Below are positions 19,135 through 27,687 of a stretch of 64,000 nt of DNA, one piece after another. How positions within the stretch are numbered: position 1 is the first letter of the stretch; every line of letters begins with the position of its first letter. Source of the DNA: Candidatus Xenobia bacterium. GTDB taxonomy: Bacteria; Vulcanimicrobiota; Xenobia; Xenobiales; QWHO01. The DNA is taken from NCBI GenBank assembly GCA_045863235.1, contig BTUM01000042.1:1-64000 (forward strand), given 5' to 3'. The position numbers and the translations under genes are program-made. The notes below the pieces were generated by a model that was given only the letters and a program-made list of their open reading frames with translations, searched no databases and was not told the DNA's origin.

Positions 19135-20089
19135 GCGTCACCAGCTCCATGCGATAGCTCCCGTCCACGATGCCCTCGGGGCTCACCCGGTGCCCGCCCG
19201 ATTCGAGCATTGCCCGGTAGGCCGCCAGAGCGTTGTGGCGAGCTTGCTCCTCGTCCTTGCCGGCCACGATCTGGACCACCGATTCGGATTCGTCCCGAAA
19301 GTAGACCGGCCCGCCTCCCGGGTCGGTCACTCGCAAGACGGCCTGAAACCAGAGCGGATCGGGTCCGGGCTGCTGGAGCTGCGGACTCACCTGGACCTGC
19401 ACGTTGAGTCGCGGACCCTCGCTTTCCTTGCGCTGGCGGTTTCGGCAGGCGCGAGCGTAGGCTTCTTGCAGGAACTCGAACTGATGAAAGCCCGTCAGTT
19501 GCTGAATGCTTTCGCAGTGAGCCCCGGCGCTCTCGGCATCGGGGGAGTAAGCGACGGCGTTGGACATGAGTTTGGCATACTCGAATTGAATCTCACCGAT
19601 CTGATCAAAGAGCGGGATCGTCCGCATCAGGGTGGCCAGGGGGAGAATCTCGGATACTTCCTCGCTGACCGCACCGACTTGAAAGAGTGCCCTGGCGTGG
19701 GCGACCTGCAACTCGGGCAGCTCGCGGTAGCCCGGCACGCGGGGGATCAGAGCGGCGATCGCAGCGCCCTTTTGCATGTCGCGCCTGGCCATCTCTCGGG
19801 CAGCGTGCGCCAGTGCGCTGGAATGATGCAGGCGAGCCCCCTGGTTGCGCTGGTAGAACGGCAGAGCCAGGATCTTCTCCAGGATCTCGGCTGCCTGGCG
19901 GGCGTCGGAGCGGGCGGTCAGGTTGACCAGCCCCATCGCGAAGGCCGTTTGCAGATCGTCTGAGTTGGAGAACTCTGCCCTGGAGGGCAGCACTGAAAGG
20001 ATGCGCAGCCCCTCTTCCACGCTGGGAGCCTCGCTGGCCCGACGGGCCAGATCTTCGGGGTCGAACTTGGACCGAAACAAGCTCCCCAT
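19115..20089 (-). CDS. Hypothetical helical protein
   Basis: 324-aa ORF with a helical N-terminal part and a small alpha/beta C-terminal part. Confidence 0.6.
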   Translation of the reverse strand: MGSLFRSKFDPEDLARRASEAPSVEEGLRILSVLPSRAEFSNSDDLQTAFAMGLVNLTARSDARQAAEILEKILALPFYQRNQGARLHHSSALAHAAREMARRDMQKGAAIAALIPRVPGYRELPELQVAHARALFQVGAVSEEVSEILPLATLMRTIPLFDQIGEIQFEYAKLMSNAVAYSPDAESAGAHCESIQQLTGFHQFEFLQEAYARACRNRQRKESEGPRLNVQVQVSPQLQQPGPDPLWFQAVLRVTDPGGGPVYFRDESESVVQIVAGKDEEQARHNALAAYRAMLESGGHRVSPEGIVDGSYRMELVTLRPVER

Positions 20090-20275
20090 CCGCCGGGGAA
20101 GTTCTCCCCGTTCCTCCGCCTCCCTGTCAGCCAGGGGTAGGCTCGCGCGGGGCGGCCGCCAGGCGTGACTCCAGGCCAGCGACGACGCGGCTTTTGCGCC
20201 TCAAGATTAAAATTTCGCGCCAGACCAGCCCGGAATGTCAACCCGCCGCTCGCCCCGAGCTGCTAGACTCGGGTC

Positions 20276-20878
20276 ATGAGAATCTTTACCAGCCCGATCA
20301 GTGCCGGCGAGGATCGTCGCCCGGAGTTGAGGGAGAACCTGCAGCGCACGCGGGACCTCATCGACGAGTGGGAAGGGGAGGTGAAGCGCGATCTGGAGCT
20401 TTGCGAGCGCCACCTCGCGACTGCCCGGATCAATGACCAGCGGGGGGGAGTGGCCCTGAAGGTGGCCGGCGCGGGACTGGGGATGGTGGTGGTCGGGGGC
20501 CTGTTCGGCCTGGTGGCTGGTGCCCCTCTGGCCATGTTCCCGGGACTGGGCGTCTTCACCGCCGCCATCCTGGTTACCCAGGTTTGCACCGGTCGAAGGG
20601 ATCACGCCAACCTCGAGCGCCAGATGCTGTACCGGCCGGCGCTCCACAAGGCCGAGCTCTTGAAAAGCCAGCTCCACCCCCGGCTCGAACGCCAGCAGGC
20701 CGAGCTTGGGGCCGAAGAGGAGCGCGTCGCGGGGGCGCAGGTTCGCCAGCTTGCCGAGGGCCTGGGTCAACCCGGCCAGATCGGCCAGCGCCAGGGCGCT
20801 CTGGTGATCGGAGGCACGGTGGTGCGCCCAAACCAGGCTCAGAAGACTTCCACGTCTCCTCGTCCGGGGCCGTTGTAG
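20276..20878 (+). CDS. Hypothetical protein with two TM helices and coiled coils
   Basis: Coiled coil - hydrophobic hairpin - coiled coil architecture. Confidence 0.65.
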   Translation: MRIFTSPISAGEDRRPELRENLQRTRDLIDEWEGEVKRDLELCERHLATARINDQRGGVALKVAGAGLGMVVVGGLFGLVAGAPLAMFPGLGVFTAAILVTQVCTGRRDHANLERQMLYRPALHKAELLKSQLHPRLERQQAELGAEEERVAGAQVRQLAEGLGQPGQIGQRQGALVIGGTVVRPNQAQKTSTSPRPGPL

Positions 20879-21168
20879 ATGCTGGTCGTGACCAGTTTCG
20901 GATCGACCGGCTCATAGTAGAAGGTCGGCTCGCTGTATTTTCCGTCCCCGTAATCGGTGAGCTTGCGGAAGGGGCCGTGGAACAGGGTCTCGCCCGGAAT
21001 CGGCTCATCCGTCTTGACGTAGCGCATGGTGGCCTGGCCGCCGTTGTAGCCGTCGTCGGGGGCCTCGTGGCGGCGCTGCACCAGGTATTTGCCCTCGGCC
21101 GGCCCACCCGCGGCCGACTGCACCCGGGTCGAAGCTGCGGCTTGATATCCGAAATGGCTCGTGATCAT
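20839..21168 (-). CDS. Small hypothetical protein
   Basis: Strong GGGAGG RBS, GC3-biased codons, 109 aa. Confidence 0.65.
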   Translation of the reverse strand: MITSHFGYQAAASTRVQSAAGGPAEGKYLVQRRHEAPDDGYNGGQATMRYVKTDEPIPGETLFHGPFRKLTDYGDGKYSEPTFYYEPVDPKLVTTSIYNGPGRGDVEVF

Positions 21169-21320
21169 GGTTTCCTCCCTCAGGTCGTCATCTCGATGAG
21201 GTTACTCCGCAGGCCTGATCAAATGCTGAAAGAACCTGGCTCAGGACAGAGCCACCGACGTTTGCCGGCGCTCCCGGGCAAGTGCAGGTAAACCGAACCG
21301 AGCCTCTCGAAACCGTTTCC

Positions 21321-22073
21321 ATGCCGAAGAAACCGCGTTGGAGCCAGCATTTCTTGCGCGACTCCACAGTCGTGGAGCGCATTCTGGAGGCCGCCCGGCT
21401 GACCCCCGAGGATCGGGTGCTGGAGATCGGACCGGGGGCGGGGGCCCTGACTCTGCCGATGATCCTGCGCGCGGTCCGGGTGCTGGCTTGCGAGATCGAC
21501 CCTCACTGGGCCTCGCGGTTGGGGGCGGCTCCCAATCTGACTGTGGTGCAGCAAGACTTCCTGGACGTGGACCTGGCGAAGCTGTTGCCCGAGCCAGGTT
21601 GGAAGGTGGTGGCCAACCTGCCCTACGCTGTCACCACGCCCATCCTGGAGAAGCTGTTGTGCGCGCAGTTCGGGCTGTTCAGCGCGATGTGGCTGATGGT
21701 GCAGAAGGAGGTGGCCGAGCGAGTGGTCGCCCGGGGCACCCGCTCGTCGGGCTCGCTGTCTCACTTCGTGCAGCTCCGGGCCCAGGCCGAGCTCCTCTTC
21801 ACGGTGCCGGCGCGCTGCTTTGCGCCCCCGCCCGAGGTGGAGTCGGCGGTGCTGCACCTGGTGCCCCGGCCGCTGCCCGAGGGACTGGAGGTCGCCCGGC
21901 TGGAGCGGCTGGTGCGCACGGCCTTCGCTCAGCGTCGCAAGATGCTCAAGAGCTCGCTTTCGGGTCTGGTGGACGCCGAAACCTGGCAGCGCTCGGGCAT
22001 CGATCCCACCAGACGGCCCGAGACTCTGACGCTGGATGAGTTTCTGAAGCTGGAGCGGAGCTGGCGACAGTGA
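21321..22073 (+). CDS. rsmA: 16S rRNA m6,2A1518/1519 dimethyltransferase
   Basis: SQHFL, VLEIGPGAGALT, VVANLPY, MVQKEVAER, F.P.PEVES, FAQRRKML, RPETL. Confidence 0.95.
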   Translation: MPKKPRWSQHFLRDSTVVERILEAARLTPEDRVLEIGPGAGALTLPMILRAVRVLACEIDPHWASRLGAAPNLTVVQQDFLDVDLAKLLPEPGWKVVANLPYAVTTPILEKLLCAQFGLFSAMWLMVQKEVAERVVARGTRSSGSLSHFVQLRAQAELLFTVPARCFAPPPEVESAVLHLVPRPLPEGLEVARLERLVRTAFAQRRKMLKSSLSGLVDAETWQRSGIDPTRRPETLTLDEFLKLERSWRQ

Positions 22074-25000
22074 GCGCCGAGCTGGAGGGATTGCTGGGCG
22101 AGCTGCGCCAGTCCGGGCGCCGCGACTCGGCGGGCGGGTTCACGCTCGACTGGCGCAAGGCGCGCGAGAAGCTGCGCCGCTTTCAACTGCTCGATCCGCA
22201 CCGCTGGGTGGCCCACGCGGTGGCCGCCGGGGTGGCCAACGGAGCCACCCGCATCGAGGTGACCACCGACTCGGACGACTGCATCCTGCGCTTCGACGGG
22301 CCGTCCTTCGGGGGCGAGGAGCTGGAGAATCTATTCGTCTACCTGCTCAGTGAGCAGCCCGAGCAGGACCCCACCGGCCGGCTGCGCGAGCTGGCCATCG
22401 CCCTGAACGCGGCCGCCGCCCTGAACCCGGCCCGGGTCCTCTTGCGCTCGGGGACGACCCTGCTCGAGCTCAAGGGGCTGGAGCTGAGCGTGTCCGCTCT
22501 GGCCCAGCCGACCGAGCGAAACGAGCTGCACCTGCGCGAGCGGGTGAGCTGGAAGGTGCTGCGCCGCTTCGTGACCGGCCAGGCTCCCGAGGCCCAGGTT
22601 CTCAAGGAGCGCTGCGGTCTGGCACCGGTGGTGCTCAACGGCCGGGAGCTGTTCGAGCCGGTCCGCATGCAGGCCGTGGCCACGGTGCAGGCGGGGGAAG
22701 CAGTGCCGATCGAGCCGGCCCCGATCCACCTGCACCTGCCACCGGACGGCTGTCGGGGAGCCGTTCTGGGCTTGCTGAGCCAGCAGCCCGAGGGCTGCAA
22801 GCAGAGCGGTCGGGTGCGCTTTTTGCGCCACGGCGTGCTGGTTTGCGAGGAGGATGTCGACCTGGGGCCCACCTGGGCGCAGGCGGTGGTGGACGCTCCC
22901 GCGCTGAGCGTCAACGTCTCTCACAGCGGAGTGGTGGAGGACGAGAAGTTTCGTCACCTGATGATCTGGCTGCGCTCGCTGGTGCGGCTGGCCCTGACGA
23001 AGCTGGCGGGCACTTCCCCGCTGGAGGAGGACGCGGCCGCCCTGCTGCGCCACGCCGTCGGCAACGAGCTCAAGGCAACCGACTACTCCGACGCCTGGAG
23101 AACCTACCGGCAGAGCCTGGTGGCCGCCTCCCTGTGGGAGGATCACGCCGGCCGGCCGGTGGACCTGCGCGCGGCGCTGCAGGCCTTTGAAAAGGAAAAG
23201 TGCCTCTGGGTCACCACCGGCACCTGGAAGGAGGCGCCCCTGGACGGTCAGCCCGTGCTGCGCCTGACCGAGCGCTCGAGCCCTCATCTGGCTCGCATCT
23301 TCAAGGTGCTCAAAGATGCCGGCGAGCTGCTTCAGGAAGCGCACCAGGCGGCTTTGAACCGCCGTTGCTGGGAAGAGGGCCGGCCGGTGAGCGTTCGCCT
23401 GGGCCACGGGGTGTACCTGGCCCGAATCCCCCTCGACCGGGGCGAGCTGGTTTTCCACACCGACCCCAGCGTGCCGCCCGCCCTTCTGTTCTTCAAGGGG
23501 GGCCGGCCCTTGGGGCTGGATACCGAGGTCGGGCTGCCGCGAGGCCTCTCGATCGCCTGGAACGATGACCGACTGAATCCCAATCGGCGCTGGACCGGGG
23601 TCGAGCATGACGAGGCCTGGAGCGCAGCTTGCCAGGAGGTCGCGCGCGCGATCGAGCCGGCCCTGCTGGTGCTGAGCCAGATCGACCAGGGCCTGGCCAG
23701 ACCGCACCTGCAGAATCTGTTGCGCTGGCGGCTCGAGCGCCAGGATGCCGCACCTTTGATCGACGAATTGGAGCGCTTTCCGCTCTTTACGGTCCTGGAT
23801 GGCTCTCGCCCGAGCCTGGCCGAGCTGCGCGAGCGAGAGAAGGTGCGTTACCTCGAGCAGGCCCCGCCCTCCGACCTGAGCGAACCGGTGCGCGACGCGT
23901 TGCTGGTCAGCGCCGACGAGTGGTCCTGGCTGGTCCACTTTCTGGGCGAGGACCACCTGGTGGATGCCAGCCCGGACCTGGAGCCCCTCTTGCGCGAGAA
24001 GGTCTACCTGGAGCGGGAGGTGGTCACCGAGCCCCTGCCCGAGGGCCTGGTTCGCCACGAGTTTGCCAACGGGGTCCTGGTTTTGGAGCGGACCCGAGGC
24101 GTCACTCCGCGCTTCGAGGTGGAGGCTCTCTATAAGGATCGGCTGCTGGAGCGGATCCTCCTGGAGCCTCCCCCTTTCGGGAGCGTGCGCGGTCGGGTGG
24201 ACATCGCCGAGGTGGCCGCCCCCAACGCCTACTACGACCAGGTCGGCCGGGGACGGGCCAGGTTGTGTCATGACCTCCTGCTCGAGCTGCGCGAGCTGGC
24301 TCTCCAGTTGGCCCGTATGGAGCCCGACAGCCCCGGACTGCTGGACTTCTTTTGCTCGCTCCTGCCCGGCTATCAGGAGCTTGGCCGTGCCCGCACTCCC
24401 TGGGTGCGGTCCGTCTGTCAGCTTCCGCTTCTGTCAGGAGGGCTCTCGCTCGACCGGCTGCTGACTCTCATCGCCCAGGATGCCACCCCCGATCTGCCGC
24501 AACGAGAGAAGATCCCCCTGCGCAAACTGTTCCCGCGCCACAAGCTGGAGCCCGGGCGCTCGTCGCGGTCGGTCACCTTGCCCGAGCTCTCCGAGGGCGT
24601 GTGCGAGGCAGTCTACGAGCTTCCCCCTCCCTGGGAGGGCAAGCTGGGCCTGACGCGTGAGAAAAAGAGCTGGATCGTCCTGCCCGGGACCGAGCCTCTC
24701 TTGAAGCGCAGCGCGGTTCCTTTTCAGGCTGTGCTGACCGAGCCGGGCGAGGGCAAGGAGTGGCAACGCGAGCTGGTGGAGCTGGCCGCCAGGCTGGGCC
24801 TGGCCCGGGCCGCGGAGAGCCCGGAGTACCTGTTCTTTCTGGCCCACCGCTGCAGCCAGGCTCACCGCGAGCTGGAGAGCCAGCTCCACCAGGTGGAGGT
24901 GCGGGGCGACGTGCTGGGGCGGGCCTACAAGCTGAGCGAGCTGCTGGCCGGGCCGGTGGAATACCTCGCCCCCGGGATGCGCGCGCCGGCTGCCCATCCG

Positions 25001-25876
25001 GCCGGACCGCTCTACCGCCTTCGGCCCGAGCAGGTGCAGTCGTGGGGGAGCTTGCTGGCCCTGGTGCCCTACCGTCCTCCGGCCACCCGGCTGGACGTCC
25101 TCTGGCCCGGGCGGGCCTGGTTGGTGCGTTTGCCGCTGGAGGCGCCCCTGGACGGCGAGCTGGGCGTCCCCCTGGAGGGGGAGGCGGGGGAACTCCGCGT
25201 GCAGGTCAGCGACGGAAGCTGGCTGACTCATCCCCTGGGCCACCACCGGGGCGTTCTGGGGGTGGTCCTGGGCCAGGTCCCCGATCTGGAGGCTTTGTTG
25301 CCGCTGGATCGGCTCGAGCGCGAGCTCGCCCTGCTCTATCCGCGATTGGCCCCCGAGCACCAGCGGCTGGCTGCCGAGCGCATCCTCAACTGGCGCGACT
25401 GGGAGGGGTCGGGTCTGGGCCTCCTGGGCTCGCCCTTACGCGAGCTTCCCCTGTTTGCCAAGCCTGAGGAAGGGACGCCGCCCCTCTCTGAGGTAGAAGA
25501 GCCTCCCATGGCCGAGCCCGTTGCCCAGAATGCCCCCACCAACCCCCGCGAGCGCCTGGCTGGCACGCTTCGCTCGCAGATGCGCGCCATCCTGGGCGAC
25601 GACCCGGAGCTGGTCAAAGCCGTGCCTCAGATCATCTCCTTCGGCCCCACCCCCAAGGGCACGTTCTGTGCCTGCACACCGGACGGGCGGGTGACGCTCA
25701 ACCCGGCCCACCCGCTGGTGGAGCACCTGCTGAACAGCTCCACTCCCCGGCCGGAATACCTGTTCTTCCTGGTGTCGGCCGTGTTTTCGGTGATCAATCG
25801 CGCCCGGGCCGACATCCAGGACCATCATGAACGCGAGTTCCACGCGCGGTTGCTGGCCTACCTGCTGGAGGAGTAG
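22070..25876 (+). CDS. Large protein with degenerate GHKL/Hsp90-like N-terminus and Hsp90-C-like end
   Basis: FTLD..KAREKL..FQL.DP N-terminus, L.VN.S.SGVVED middle motif, C-terminal LNPAHPLV; GTGA overlap with rsmA. Confidence 0.6.
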   Translation: MSAELEGLLGELRQSGRRDSAGGFTLDWRKAREKLRRFQLLDPHRWVAHAVAAGVANGATRIEVTTDSDDCILRFDGPSFGGEELENLFVYLLSEQPEQDPTGRLRELAIALNAAAALNPARVLLRSGTTLLELKGLELSVSALAQPTERNELHLRERVSWKVLRRFVTGQAPEAQVLKERCGLAPVVLNGRELFEPVRMQAVATVQAGEAVPIEPAPIHLHLPPDGCRGAVLGLLSQQPEGCKQSGRVRFLRHGVLVCEEDVDLGPTWAQAVVDAPALSVNVSHSGVVEDEKFRHLMIWLRSLVRLALTKLAGTSPLEEDAAALLRHAVGNELKATDYSDAWRTYRQSLVAASLWEDHAGRPVDLRAALQAFEKEKCLWVTTGTWKEAPLDGQPVLRLTERSSPHLARIFKVLKDAGELLQEAHQAALNRRCWEEGRPVSVRLGHGVYLARIPLDRGELVFHTDPSVPPALLFFKGGRPLGLDTEVGLPRGLSIAWNDDRLNPNRRWTGVEHDEAWSAACQEVARAIEPALLVLSQIDQGLARPHLQNLLRWRLERQDAAPLIDELERFPLFTVLDGSRPSLAELREREKVRYLEQAPPSDLSEPVRDALLVSADEWSWLVHFLGEDHLVDASPDLEPLLREKVYLEREVVTEPLPEGLVRHEFANGVLVLERTRGVTPRFEVEALYKDRLLERILLEPPPFGSVRGRVDIAEVAAPNAYYDQVGRGRARLCHDLLLELRELALQLARMEPDSPGLLDFFCSLLPGYQELGRARTPWVRSVCQLPLLSGGLSLDRLLTLIAQDATPDLPQREKIPLRKLFPRHKLEPGRSSRSVTLPELSEGVCEAVYELPPPWEGKLGLTREKKSWIVLPGTEPLLKRSAVPFQAVLTEPGEGKEWQRELVELAARLGLARAAESPEYLFFLAHRCSQAHRELESQLHQVEVRGDVLGRAYKLSELLAGPVEYLAPGMRAPAAHPAGPLYRLRPEQVQSWGSLLALVPYRPPATRLDVLWPGRAWLVRLPLEAPLDGELGVPLEGEAGELRVQVSDGSWLTHPLGHHRGVLGVVLGQVPDLEALLPLDRLERELALLYPRLAPEHQRLAAERILNWRDWEGSGLGLLGSPLRELPLFAKPEEGTPPLSEVEEPPMAEPVAQNAPTNPRERLAGTLRSQMRAILGDDPELVKAVPQIISFGPTPKGTFCACTPDGRVTLNPAHPLVEHLLNSSTPRPEYLFFLVSAVFSVINRARADIQDHHEREFHARLLAYLLEE

Positions 25877-25929
25877 CTCGGCGCCCGCCCGAAGGGCCGC
25901 CTCACGAGACTTTCCGGGAGGCCCTGCCC

Positions 25930-26475
25930 TTGAGTGAACCGCTTGACGACCTGATCGAACGGGTCGAGTACCTGGAAGCCCAAAATCACGCTTTGAAACG
26001 CGTCGGGGCCATCGGCCTGGTGCTCTTGTTCGTGGTGGGCGCCTGCCTGGTCTACCAGACCTGGGCCGAGCTGGGCGCGGTGGTGACCCAGGGCCTGGTG
26101 GTGAACGACGCCTCGGGCCCCCGCTACGGAATGACCGTGACCCCCCAGGGCGGCCTGGGACTGCTCACCTACCGGGGTGGCCAGCTGGCGCCCCTGGGCC
26201 GCACGGCCGAGGACCTGAACGGCTTCGTGCTGTATGACTCGCAGGGACGCTCGCGCATCGTGATCGGTCTGTCGCCCGACGATCAGGCCCGTCTGGCCAT
26301 CTACGACGAGGGCGGGCGCATGGTCTGGCAGGCGCTGGATTTGAGGATGGCGGCCCCGCCGCCTACCGGTCAGCCGGTTGCCTCTCCCAGTCCGGCCGCC
26401 CCCTCTCCCTCGCCGGCCACAGGAGTCGCTTCCCCCGGCCCGAAGCCGTCCGCCAAACCCACCAGGCCAAAGTAG
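25930..26475 (+). CDS. Membrane-anchored hypothetical protein with short beta repeats
   Basis: L.ERV..LE..N..LKR + TM helix, then repeated (V/L)(N/Y)D..G..R units and a Pro-rich tail. Confidence 0.7.
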   Translation: MSEPLDDLIERVEYLEAQNHALKRVGAIGLVLLFVVGACLVYQTWAELGAVVTQGLVVNDASGPRYGMTVTPQGGLGLLTYRGGQLAPLGRTAEDLNGFVLYDSQGRSRIVIGLSPDDQARLAIYDEGGRMVWQALDLRMAAPPPTGQPVASPSPAAPSPSPATGVASPGPKPSAKPTRPK

Positions 26476-26497
26476 AACGTAAACCAGGAGGAATGTC

Positions 26498-26629
26498 ATG
26501 ACCCCCCAGCAGCAGCCCCCCGCCGCTCCCCAGCCCCCTGTGGAGCAGGTTCCCCCGGTGAATCCCGTCCTGGCCGGCGTGCTCAACCAGCCGACCGATC
26601 CCGATACCTTCACGTGGTTCAAGGGGTAG
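26498..26629 (+). CDS. Putative RiPP precursor peptide (43 aa)
   Basis: AGGAGG RBS at 26486-26491, ATG 26498, TAG 26627-26629. Translates to MTPQQQPPAAPQPPVEQVPPVNPVLAGVLNQPTDPDTFTWFKG. Overlaps the radical SAM start. Confidence 0.75.
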   Translation: MTPQQQPPAAPQPPVEQVPPVNPVLAGVLNQPTDPDTFTWFKG

Positions 26630-27687
26630 GCCGCCGGCTTGTCGCCGTCATCAAGCTGATCGAGGCCTGCAACCTGGCCTGTGCCTACTGCTATCAGAGC
26701 GGTCGGCTGCGGCCGGGTCAGGTCATGGCCGACCAGACGCTCGAGCGCGTCCTCTCCGAAACGGCCCGCTTGACCCGAGGCCCCGCCAGCTTGCTCTGGT
26801 TCGGTGGCGAGCCCACCCTGGCCGGCCTGACGCGCTTTCGCGAGGTGGTGGAGCGGGCTGACCGGCACTTCGAGGGCCGACCGCTGCGCCACTCGCTGCA
26901 GACCAACGCCGTCTTGATCGATGAGGAGTGGGCCGCTTTCCTGGCCCGGCGCGGCTTTGGCGTGACCCTCAGCCTGGACGGCCCGCAGGAGCTGCACGAT
27001 CAGCGCCGCCTCAACCAGGGCGGTCGCGGCAGCCACGCCGCCGTGGTGCGCGCCCTGGCCTGTCTGCAAGCGGCCGGTCTGAAGCCGCGCTCGTCCTGCG
27101 TGGTGGACACCCACACCCTCGAGCACCCCGAGGAGCTGGTGGACTACTTTGCTTCGCTCGGCCTGAGCGAGGTCGACTTCGCCCCCGCCCTTCGCTACAC
27201 CGAGGGGCGGCTGGACGTGCGGGTGGGAGCGGTGGCCTACGGCAAGTTCATGACGCGAGTGCTGGACCGCTGGCTGGCCCTGGGTCGCTCCGACTTCAAG
27301 ATTCGCGGCCTGGCCGGGCTGGTGCGCAAGCTGTCGGGTCTGGAAAGCGGATACTGCAAGCTCGAGGGCGACTGCTCGGCCTACATCACCTTCGCCCACA
27401 ACGGCGACGTCTATCCTTGCGACGAGTTCTCGGCCTTCCCGGAGACCCGCCTGGGTAACCTGCGCGAGAGCGACCTCGACGCTCTGCTCGACGCCCCCGA
27501 GACCAGGGCCATGTTCGAAGGCTGGCGGGCCATCCCCGAAGCTTGCTCGGAGTGCCGCTGGCGCGAGCTGTGCCGGGGCGGCTGTCCTTTCGAGCGCCAG
27601 ATGGGCGGCGGGGTGGATCGGCCCTCGGTACTGTGCGAAGGGCTCAAGCTGATCTACCAGCGGGCCGAGGCTGCCCTGGTTTCGTGA
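26614..27687 (+). CDS. Radical SAM/SPASM peptide-modifying enzyme
   Basis: CNLACAYC, WFGGEPTL, LQTNA, SLDGP..HD..R; SPASM cysteines C...C...GDVYPC...CSECRWRELCRGGC...C. Confidence 0.9.
   Translation: MVQGVGRRLVAVIKLIEACNLACAYCYQSGRLRPGQVMADQTLERVLSETARLTRGPASLLWFGGEPTLAGLTRFREVVERADRHFEGRPLRHSLQTNAVLIDEEWAAFLARRGFGVTLSLDGPQELHDQRRLNQGGRGSHAAVVRALACLQAAGLKPRSSCVVDTHTLEHPEELVDYFASLGLSEVDFAPALRYTEGRLDVRVGAVAYGKFMTRVLDRWLALGRSDFKIRGLAGLVRKLSGLESGYCKLEGDCSAYITFAHNGDVYPCDEFSAFPETRLGNLRESDLDALLDAPETRAMFEGWRAIPEACSECRWRELCRGGCPFERQMGGGVDRPSVLCEGLKLIYQRAEAALVS

Noticed and set aside
26614..27687. Anaerobic sulfatase maturase as the simple annotation
   Set aside because: Not excluded, but there is no sulfatase nearby and an overlapping precursor-like peptide favours a RiPP role
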